A stretch of DNA of 64,000 bases, from the IMG/VR virus record IMGVR_UViG_3300028394_000001, positions 32,001 through 96,000 of that record, one strand, 5' to 3'. The DNA is from a virus. Positions 9,558-15,218 of the stretch are shown here, in pieces (the stretch's first letter is position 1; the number at the start of each line of letters is the position of its first letter). A model generated the notes under the pieces. The model searched no databases and was not told where the DNA came from. It saw only the letters and a list, made by a program, of their open reading frames with translations. The position numbers and the translations under genes were made by a program.

Positions 9558-9878
9558 ATGAAGAAGATGGTAACGGGACTTTTATTATGTGTGACTGTTG
9601 CCATTAGTCATGGCCAAGATGCTGGTTTGGATAATATCAAATTTATAGATGCAAAGAAACCAATTAAATGTGCAGAAACAAAAGCACTTTTAATGGGACT
9701 AGAAAAAATATACGGAGAGAAAATACTTCGGGTTGCACCAAACGATTTGGCAATAGATGGGAAACCTACACAGATAGCGTTTCTAGAAAATGTAAAAACA
9801 AAATCATGGACAGTAATAGAATATGATGCAAAATATGCATGTGTCCTAGGTTCAGGAGAATACCCGGAAGTATATTAA
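9558..9878 (+). CDS. Secreted hypothetical protein
   Basis: Signal peptide; AAGGAG RBS. Confidence 0.7.
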   Translation: MKKMVTGLLLCVTVAISHGQDAGLDNIKFIDAKKPIKCAETKALLMGLEKIYGEKILRVAPNDLAIDGKPTQIAFLENVKTKSWTVIEYDAKYACVLGSGEYPEVY

Positions 9879-9882
9879 TAAG

Positions 9883-10320
9883 ATGAGACAAAAATTTATT
9901 GATGCGTACATGGATGTAGCAAGAAGGTTTGCACAACTATCGTCCGCAAAACGCCTACAGGTGGGTGCCATTGTTGTGAAAGATGACCGAATCATTTCTA
10001 TTGGATATAATGGAATGCCATCTGGATGGACAAATGAATGTGAAACCGTATTCTATGATGAAAATGGTGATGAAAGATTAAAAACCAAAGATGAAGTTAT
10101 CCATGCGGAAGCGAATGCGATTGCCAAATTGGCTAAGTCTTCAGAATCTGGAGATGGTGCCACAATGTTCCTAACGCACGCTCCATGTATTCATTGTGCT
10201 AAACAGATATACACAGCAGGTATCAAGAAAGTTTACTTTGGAGAACCTTACCGTGATGAATCTGGTGTTGCCTTTTTGATGAAATGTGGAGTTAGTGTTT
10301 GGTCAGATAATAATAAATAA
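9883..10320 (+). CDS. cd: dCMP deaminase
   Basis: GYNG, HAEANA, PCIHC. Confidence 0.95.
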   Translation: MRQKFIDAYMDVARRFAQLSSAKRLQVGAIVVKDDRIISIGYNGMPSGWTNECETVFYDENGDERLKTKDEVIHAEANAIAKLAKSSESGDGATMFLTHAPCIHCAKQIYTAGIKKVYFGEPYRDESGVAFLMKCGVSVWSDNNK

Positions 10321-10334
10321 TATGAACAAATGGG

Positions 10335-10859
10335 GTGCCTATGTATTTGAAGATTGTTGGTTGTCCTGATGAGAACTTCAAACCTTATCTAAAAAAGGCC
10401 GCCCACTTCTTCGCTAAAAATTTGTTCTCACCGCAATTATCTCCACACATTTACGTTCTGGTTAAGTTTGATAAAACATTAGATAGTCATGGAAGTTGTG
10501 AAGTTGCTGATTATGAAACAAGTAGAAAACCTAGAGAGTTTCTAATCAACATGAAACCAGGAATTGGTGCACCAGCTTTGTTTAGAACACTGGCTCATGA
10601 AATGGTCCATGTGAAACAATTTGCATATCAACATACGAATGCTTCTTTGAGTGTTTGGCATAAGAAAGAAATTGATTCGGATAATTTAGATTACTGGTTT
10701 CATCCGTGGGAGATAGAAGCATATGGTTTGGAAACAAGCCTTGTAACAAAATTTTCAGTTGAAGAAAAGTTGTGGGAAATCTTTGAAGAATTTAAAAATC
10801 CAGAAGAACCTGCAAAATATGAAGAAATAAAGTGGAAAACTTTAGAAACCACTAAATAA
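10335..10859 (+). CDS. Zincin-like metallopeptidase
   Basis: LAHEMVHVKQ and PWEIEA. Confidence 0.75.
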   Translation: MPMYLKIVGCPDENFKPYLKKAAHFFAKNLFSPQLSPHIYVLVKFDKTLDSHGSCEVADYETSRKPREFLINMKPGIGAPALFRTLAHEMVHVKQFAYQHTNASLSVWHKKEIDSDNLDYWFHPWEIEAYGLETSLVTKFSVEEKLWEIFEEFKNPEEPAKYEEIKWKTLETTK

Positions 10860-10902
10860 GTTGTATATATAGAGTTATAGTTAAATCTTTTTTGGAGTTA
10901 TA

Positions 10903-11010
10903 GTGTCTCAGTTTCTCAAGTCCTTATCGTCAGCCTGTGAGTATCGCACACCGTTTATTGGTAGCGATAATCAACCATGGGCGCATCTAGGGGGTTGTGG
11001 AGGACGATAA
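10903..11010 (+). CDS. Putative attenuator leader peptide (35 aa)
   Basis: GGAG RBS at 10894, GTG start, TAA-TAG double stop; 31 distinct codons among 35. Confidence 0.6.
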   Translation: MSQFLKSLSSACEYRTPFIGSDNQPWAHLGGCGGR

Positions 11011-11039
11011 TAGAGTAAGAAAACTAAATCAGAATTCAC

Positions 11040-11069
11040 AAACCTCACCCTAAAAAAGTGGGGTTTTTT
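11040..11069 (+). terminator. Intrinsic terminator with a competing antiterminator
   Basis: AAACCTCAC/GTGGGGTTT hairpin plus T tract; 10990-11001 can pair with 11035-11046. Confidence 0.75.
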
Positions 11070-11174
11070 GTTGTTCCAATACAACAAATGTGTTGACAGA
11101 AGCATCGACTTCTGTTACACTAGGTTCTTCGGTTGAGAAATCAATCATGTTCTTTAAAAAGTAAGTGTAATTTG
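11069..11174 (+). promoter_or_regulatory. tRNA operon promoter 1 with palindrome and boxA-like leader
   Basis: TGTTGT-N6-ACAACA; TTGACA-17-TACACT; GAAA-loop hairpin; TGTTCTTTAAAAA. Confidence 0.75.
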
Positions 11175-11175
11175 T

Positions 11176-11249
11176 TGGGGCATTGTGTAGTGATAGCACA
11201 GGAGACTTTGAATCTCTTAGTCTAGGTTTGATTCCTAGTGCCCCTGCCA
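11176..11249 (+). tRNA. tRNA-Gln(TTG)
   Basis: Loop CTTTGAA, 3' GCCA. Confidence 0.9.
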
Positions 11250-11390
11250 TATTGAAACATATTTTAAAATCCAGTAACTTTCTAGCACGTCCGGCCGGCA
11301 ATCTAGAAAGCAACCCGTAGAGGGGTAAGAGTCGAAAGAGTGATGGATAATCGGCGGTGAGAATCCGCAGAAAGTGTGTTTCAATATGGT
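11246..11390 (+). ncRNA. Long-stem RNA, family 2 copy 1
   Basis: CCATATTGAAACATATTTT pairs with AAAGTGTGTTTCAATATGG. Confidence 0.6.
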
Positions 11391-11438
11391 AATGTTATCT
11401 GCAGGTAGCATCCATACTGGGGAGTAATTGCCCTCAGG

Positions 11439-11513
11439 AACTCGTAGTCTTCTAGTGGTAAGAAGCCCCATTAAAGGGGTGAACACAGGTTCGATTCCTG
11501 TCTACAATGAGTT
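11439..11513 (+). ncRNA. Degenerate tRNA-like element without CCA
   Basis: D arm CTTC/GAAG, T arm ACAGG-TTCGATT-CCTGT, short anticodon arm. Confidence 0.5.
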
Positions 11514-11618
11514 TGCTATATAAGAACACATTGCATGCCTGACCGAAAAAGTCGTGGTAAACTACAAGAGAAAGAGGTTCGAATCCTCGGGACTGGTAGT
11601 GTGTTCCTATATGGTAAA
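11512..11618 (+). ncRNA. Long-stem RNA, family 2 copy 2
   Basis: CTATATAAGAACACATT pairs with AGTGTGTTCCTATATGG; internal GAGG-TTCGAAT-CCTC. Confidence 0.6.
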
Positions 11619-11623
11619 ATTTA

Positions 11624-11715
11624 GGAAGATGATGCAGCTGGGATGGTCCGGCGACTAGCCTTGAAAACTAGGTTCTCAGAAATGGGATGGGGTTCGACTC
11701 CTCCGTCTTCCGCCA
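11624..11715 (+). tRNA. tRNA-Ser(TGA)
   Basis: Loop CTTGAAA, long variable arm, GCCA. Confidence 0.88.
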
Positions 11716-11721
11716 AAAATT

Positions 11722-11808
11722 GGAGAGTGGGCTGGATGGTAAGGCACCGGATTGCTAATCCGACGCTCCGAAAGGGGCGAGTGGGTTCGACTCCCACACT
11801 CTCCGCCA
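11722..11808 (+). tRNA. tRNA-Ser(GCT)
   Basis: Loop TTGCTAA, long variable arm, GCCA. Confidence 0.92.
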
Positions 11809-11813
11809 AATTT

Positions 11814-11891
11814 GTACAGATGGCCGAGCGGTCCAAGGCAACAGTCTGCAAAACTGTAAAACCGTGGGTTCAAATCCCACTCTGTACTCCA
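11814..11891 (+). tRNA. tRNA-Cys(GCA)
   Basis: Loop CTGCAAA, U73, CCA. Confidence 0.92.
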
Positions 11892-11894
11892 GTA

Positions 11895-12022
11895 TGTTGT
11901 TTTTTTACAACAATGTACCGAAAAGTGTTGACAAAGTGTGTGGTTGTGTTATACTCCATGCATGAGTTGAGAAAGTCATCGAACTTCTCAACAAGGCTCA
12001 TTAAAAAAATAAGTGTAATTTG
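11895..12022 (+). promoter_or_regulatory. tRNA operon promoter 2 with palindrome and boxA-like leader
   Basis: TGTTGT-N6-ACAACA; TTGACA-16-TATACT; GGCTCATTAAAAA; TAAGTGTAATTTG shared with leader 1. Confidence 0.72.
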
Positions 12023-12023
12023 T

Positions 12024-12098
12024 GCTCCCGTCGTCTACTGGCTAGGACGCTGCCCTTTCAAGGCGGAGAAGACGGATCGAAACCGTTCGGGAGTACCA
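12024..12098 (+). tRNA. tRNA-Glu(TTC)
   Basis: Loop CTTTCAA, ACCA. Confidence 0.9.
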
Positions 12099-12178
12099 TA
12101 GATAAACGCATTACCTCATAAGCCTGTCGGTGAAAACTGCTGTTACGCTTTTTGAGACTGGTGTGTTTTTCTATGGTA
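12094..12178 (+). ncRNA. Long-stem RNA, family 2 copy 3
   Basis: TACCATAGATAAACGCATT pairs with GGTGTGTTTTTCTATGGTA. Confidence 0.55.
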
Positions 12179-12187
12179 GTGTTATTT

Positions 12188-12262
12188 GGGGGTATAACTT
12201 AACGGCTAAAGTAGTAGGCTTTTAACCTATTAATCAGAGTTCGATTCTCTGTGCCCCTACCA
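12188..12262 (+). tRNA. tRNA-Lys(TTT)
   Basis: Loop CTTTTAA, ACCA. Confidence 0.92.
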
Positions 12263-12270
12263 AGAATTTT

Positions 12271-12347
12271 GCCCTGGTGATGGAATTGGTATACATACTG
12301 GTCTTAGAAACCAGGTTCTGGGAGTTCAAGTCTCCCCTAGGGCACCA
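12271..12347 (+). tRNA. tRNA-Leu(TAG), short variable region
   Basis: Loop CTTAGAA, ACCA. Confidence 0.88.
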
Positions 12348-12353
12348 AATTTA

Positions 12354-12428
12354 GGCTCGTTCATATAATGGCTATTATCGCGGATTGTCTATCCGTAGAT
12401 GGGAGTTCGATTCTCCCACGAGTCGCCA
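12354..12428 (+). tRNA. tRNA-Asp(GTC)
   Basis: Loop TTGTCTA, GCCA. Confidence 0.9.
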
Positions 12429-12437
12429 AGTTAGTAT

Positions 12438-12511
12438 TCTTTCGTAGCTCAATGGTAGAGCAATCGGCTGATAACCGATAGACAAAAGTTCAATTCTTTT
12501 CGAAAGAACCA
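12438..12511 (+). tRNA. tRNA-Ile(GAT)
   Basis: Loop CTGATAA, ACCA. Confidence 0.92.
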
Positions 12512-12517
12512 AGATAT

Positions 12518-12603
12518 GGAGTAGACGCCTGAGAGGAAGGGCACCCGGCTGTAACCCGGAGGTCAGTAATGCTGTAGAGGTTCGAACCCTCTCTGCTCCA
12601 CCA
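12518..12603 (+). tRNA. tRNA-Tyr(GTA)
   Basis: Loop CTGTAAC, long variable arm, ACCA. Confidence 0.9.
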
Positions 12604-12604
12604 A

Positions 12605-12796
12605 TCTCGTTACTACTTTCGTTAAAGTAGCGTTTGATTAGCGATAGAGATCCGGTGGCAGAAGACCGTTAGTGAGGAGAACCCTCTGAATCTGATAGGC
12701 AGTATTCCTCTGCACACAGACGTTAGAATAAAAGGAATGGACAGAGTAACTGCTCAATCAAGGGCTGGCGTAGAACCCAGTAGCTTGTACTTATTT
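12605..12796 (+). ncRNA. Unassigned structured RNA of about 190 nt between tRNAs
   Basis: Multiple stems (CTACTTT/AAAGTAG, TTCCT/AGGAA, GCAGT/ACTGC); no ORF. Confidence 0.5.
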
Positions 12797-12871
12797 GGGC
12801 TGTTAGTGCTAATGGTAACACATCTGGTTTGCAACCAGAAATTAAGAGTTCGATTCTCTTACGGTCCACCA
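12797..12871 (+). tRNA. tRNA-Ala(TGC)
   Basis: G3:U70, loop TTTGCAA. Confidence 0.93.
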
Positions 12872-12878
12872 AGTTTTT

Positions 12879-12952
12879 GCCCTATTAGTATAATGGTATT
12901 ACACCTGTTTTGTAATCAGGTTACGGCAGTTCGATTCTGTCATGGGGCACCA
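12879..12952 (+). tRNA. tRNA-Thr(TGT)
   Basis: Loop TTTGTAA, ACCA. Confidence 0.9.
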
Positions 12953-12960
12953 AGTTTTAT

Positions 12961-13026
12961 GCAGACGTTTTTTAACAATAGAGGGGTCCACCCTTTATCT
13001 ACGCGGAAACCGTAGTGTCTGCTCCA
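12961..13026 (+). ncRNA. D-armless tRNA-like RNA ending in TCCA
   Basis: Acceptor GCAGACG/TGTCTGC, T-like arm CTACG-CGGAAAC-CGTAG, central ATAGAGGG/CCCTTTAT stem. Confidence 0.65.
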
Positions 13027-13031
13027 GTTTT

Positions 13032-13105
13032 CTCGGTATGGTGAAATGGTATCACTCATGGTTTGGGACCATGGAGCGAAGGTTCGATTCCTTCTACCGA
13101 GACCA
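13032..13105 (+). tRNA. tRNA-Pro(TGG)
   Basis: Loop TTTGGGA, ACCA. Confidence 0.92.
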
Positions 13106-13110
13106 ATTTT

Positions 13111-13180
13111 TAGGATGCGTTCAGCAAATTTTATACATTGAACTTTTAATTCAAACCGTAAAAAAGCATCCTGTTGTTTT
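13111..13180 (+). ncRNA. CAGCAA hairpin RNA, copy A
   Basis: TAGGATGC/GCATCCTG stem, GTTCAGCAA, internal TTGAA-CTTTTAA-TTCAA. Confidence 0.7.
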
Positions 13181-13182
13181 AT

Positions 13183-13257
13183 TCCCTTGTAGCTCAGCGG
13201 TAGAGTAGGTGACTGTTAATCATTTGGTCCGTGGTTCGATCCCACGCAGGGGAGCCA
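13183..13257 (+). tRNA. tRNA-Asn(GTT)
   Basis: Loop CTGTTAA, GCCA. Confidence 0.93.
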
Positions 13258-13261
13258 GTTT

Positions 13262-13330
13262 TAGAGTAGGTTCAGCAAACATAAAGCTAACTTTTGGATG
13301 TCTAGCGACAAAAACTACTCTGTTATTTTT
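13262..13330 (+). ncRNA. CAGCAA hairpin RNA, copy B
   Basis: TAGAGTAG/CTACTCTG stem, GTTCAGCAA. Confidence 0.7.
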
Positions 13331-13331
13331 A

Positions 13332-13406
13332 GGTCATATGACGTAGACGGATGCGTAGCGGTCTCATAAGCCGACGAGAGTGGCTCGGTACCACTTATGA
13401 CCACCA
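13332..13406 (+). tRNA. tRNA-Met(CAT), elongator type with atypical T loop
   Basis: Loop CTCATAA, ACCA; T loop CTCGGTA. Confidence 0.8.
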
Positions 13407-13410
13407 ATTT

Positions 13411-13485
13411 CGGTCCTTAGTAAAATGGATATTACACTAGGCTACGAACTTAGGAGTGGGAGTTCGATTCTCTCAGGACCGGCCA
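13411..13485 (+). tRNA. tRNA-Arg(ACG)
   Basis: Loop CTACGAA, GCCA. Confidence 0.92.
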
Positions 13486-13503
13486 ATTTTAGGAGCATTA
13501 AAT

Positions 13504-13701
13504 ATGAGTGATGGTGGTAAAGGTTCTTCACCAAGACCGTTCAGTGTCGCTGATGAAGAATATGCAAAAAGATGGGACATGATTTTTAGTCGTGACCTGG
13601 AAGAAGTGAAAGAAGTAAATATCTCGGTAGCTCAATTGGCAGAGCAGCGGCCTCCAAAGCCGAAGGTTGAGGGTTCAACTCCTTCTCGGGGTGCCAATTA
13701 A
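13504..13701 (+). CDS. Small protein MSDGGKGSSPRP...; frame continues through tRNA-Trp
   Basis: AGGAG RBS at 13491, ATG 13504. Confidence 0.6.
   Translation: MSDGGKGSSPRPFSVADEEYAKRWDMIFSRDLEEVKEVNISVAQLAEQRPPKPKVEGSTPSRGAN
13621..13696 (+). tRNA. tRNA-Trp(CCA)
   Basis: Loop CTCCAAA, GCCA. Confidence 0.9.
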
Positions 13702-13716
13702 AAAAGGTGGTGTAAT

Positions 13717-14205
13717 ATGAAAGATTTTGATATTGAAAAAGTGAAGCAATTCATTGTGAATCAAGGACCAGATACTAAAATCTATCTTGGTGCCGATTCA
13801 GAAAGATTGCGTGTTGATGGCGTATGGTATGCAGATTACGCATTAGCTGTTGTTGTTCATATTGATGGCCGCCACGGTTGTAAAATCTTTGGTTTCGTAA
13901 ACCGTGAATTAGATTACGACCACAAGAAAAGCAAACCTGCTATGCGACTGATGACAGAAGTTTATAAAGTTTCAGAATTGTTCCAAGCAATGTCTGATGT
14001 ACTTGAAGACCGCCACGTTGAAGTTCATTTGGACTTGAACAAATCAGTTGAACACGGAAGTTCTTGTGTTGTGCAGCAAGCGATTGGTTATATCAAAGGT
14101 ACATGTAATGTGACACCAATGGTTAAACCTGATGCACCTGCAGCAAGTTTCTGTGCAGATAGGTTGAAACGTATTTTGGCTGAACAAGAATTGGCCGAAG
14201 CGTAA
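13717..14205 (+). CDS. RNase H-like protein, YkuK/DUF458 family
   Basis: IYLGADS, RLMTEV, EVHLDLN, KPDAPAASFCAD. Confidence 0.8.
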   Translation: MKDFDIEKVKQFIVNQGPDTKIYLGADSERLRVDGVWYADYALAVVVHIDGRHGCKIFGFVNRELDYDHKKSKPAMRLMTEVYKVSELFQAMSDVLEDRHVEVHLDLNKSVEHGSSCVVQQAIGYIKGTCNVTPMVKPDAPAASFCADRLKRILAEQELAEA

Positions 14206-14211
14206 GAAAAT

Positions 14212-14286
14212 GCGGGTATGGTGCTAGTGGTAACACAAGACCTTGCCAAGGTTTAGTTGAGAGTTCGATTCTCTCTACCCGCTCCA
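14212..14286 (+). tRNA. tRNA-Gly(GCC)
   Basis: GCG acceptor, U73, loop TTGCCAA. Confidence 0.93.
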
Positions 14287-14308
14287 AATTCTCCAAAGTT
14301 TACTTTGG

Positions 14309-14385
14309 GGTGACTATAGTGTAACGGTTTAGCACACCACTCTGTGAAAGTGGTAGAATGGGCTCGTCTCCCATTAGTCACCCCA
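14309..14385 (+). tRNA. tRNA-His(GTG)
   Basis: G-1:C73, loop CTGTGAA. Confidence 0.9.
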
Positions 14386-14395
14386 AAGTAAATTT

Positions 14396-14470
14396 GCCTT
14401 GTTAACTCAGCGGTAGAGTAACTCTTTTACACGGAGAAGGTCGGCGGTTCAATCCCGTCACAAGGTACCA
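14396..14470 (+). tRNA. tRNA-Val(TAC)
   Basis: Loop TTTACAC, ACCA. Confidence 0.9.
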
Positions 14471-14519
14471 AATATCGCCTTTGTTGACGGCGTACAATGA
14501 GATAAATTGTCAACAACTT

Positions 14520-14593
14520 GCTCTTATAGTATAATGGCATTACACGTCCTTGGTAAGGATGAAACACAAGTTCAATTCTTGTTAAGAGCACCA
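14520..14593 (+). tRNA. tRNA-Thr(GGT)
   Basis: Loop TTGGTAA, ACCA. Confidence 0.92.
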
Positions 14594-14599
14594 AATTTT

Positions 14600-14675
14600 G
14601 CAACTTTAGCTGATGTGGTCATAGCGGTGGTCTGAAGAACCATTGAAAGAGGTTCGATTCCTCTAGGTTGCACCA
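14600..14675 (+). tRNA. tRNA-Phe(GAA)
   Basis: Loop CTGAAGA, ACCA. Confidence 0.9.
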
Positions 14676-14679
14676 ACAT

Positions 14680-14771
14680 GCCAGCGAGACTGGGTAGTCA
14701 GAGAGGCCTTATACACCTTTTAGCGCCAGATTAGCGTTCTTGAGTGAGTTCGAATCTCACCGCTGGTACCA
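14680..14771 (+). tRNA. Atypical tRNA with TAT anticodon (nominally Ile) and long variable arm
   Basis: GCCAGCG/CGCTGGT-ACCA, loop CTTATAC, canonical T arm. Confidence 0.75.
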
Positions 14772-14778
14772 AATTTAT

Positions 14779-14856
14779 GCCCCCGTGGACAAATTGGCAA
14801 AGTCACTTCTCTCAAAAGGAAGAATTCTCTCGGTTCAACTCCGAGCGGGGGTACCA
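14779..14856 (+). tRNA. tRNA-Leu(CAA), short variable region
   Basis: Loop CTCAAAA, ACCA. Confidence 0.86.
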
Positions 14857-14857
14857 T

Positions 14858-14932
14858 CTCTCTATAGTTCAATGGATAGAACACGTTCCTCCTAAGAATG
14901 AGATGCAGGTTCGATTCCTGCTGGAGAGACCA
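14858..14932 (+). tRNA. tRNA-Arg(CCT)
   Basis: Loop CTCCTAA, ACCA. Confidence 0.92.
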
Positions 14933-14956
14933 AAACGGTATATTTTTTAAAAGGGC

Positions 14957-14985
14957 TTGACAAATTACACTTATTTTGATAGAAT
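14957..14985 (+). promoter_or_regulatory. Sigma70 promoter for CAGCAA RNAs C and D and the DUF2828 gene
   Basis: TTGACA-17-TAGAAT. Confidence 0.8.
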
Positions 14986-15004
14986 ACGTTCATTGTTAGA
15001 TTTT

Positions 15005-15140
15005 TAGGATAGGTACAGCAACACCCTTATTTAAAGGATGGTTCGAGCAAGTATGAGGCAATAAAACCCTTATATCTTGAACCCATGTGAGTTTCGAATT
15101 CTCACTTGAAAGAAAAAGTAGAAAACTATCCTGTTATTTT
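15005..15140 (+). ncRNA. CAGCAA hairpin RNA, copy C (long insert)
   Basis: TAGGATAG/CTATCCTG stem, GTACAGCAA, internal hairpins. Confidence 0.7.
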
Positions 15141-15141
15141 T

Positions 15142-15204
15142 TAGGTTGAGTTCAGCAAACTTTAAATTTCAACGTCTATGAAAAAAAGTTCAACCTGTTG
15201 TTTT
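15142..15204 (+). ncRNA. CAGCAA hairpin RNA, copy D
   Basis: TAGGTTGA/TCAACCTG stem, GTTCAGCAA, internal TTTCA-ACGTCTA-TGAAA. Confidence 0.7.
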
Positions 15205-15218
15205 GAAAGGAAATTATT

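Noticed and set aside
11466-11480. Possible ochre-suppressor (TTA) anticodon implying genetic-code reassignment
   Set aside because: The loop is non-canonical, there is no CCA, and core genes are intact in code 11 with TAA as the common stop.
11050-13208. ORF-track calls inside the tRNA array (e.g. 11643..12101, 12737..13015, 12942..13208; also 14744..14950 and 16578..16940)
   Set aside because: They overlap clear tRNA cloverleaves and lack RBSs; chance open frames in GC-richer RNA genes.
13111-15204. CRISPR array interpretation of the repeated elements
   Set aside because: Repeats are dispersed, vary in sequence with stem covariation, and no cas genes are present.
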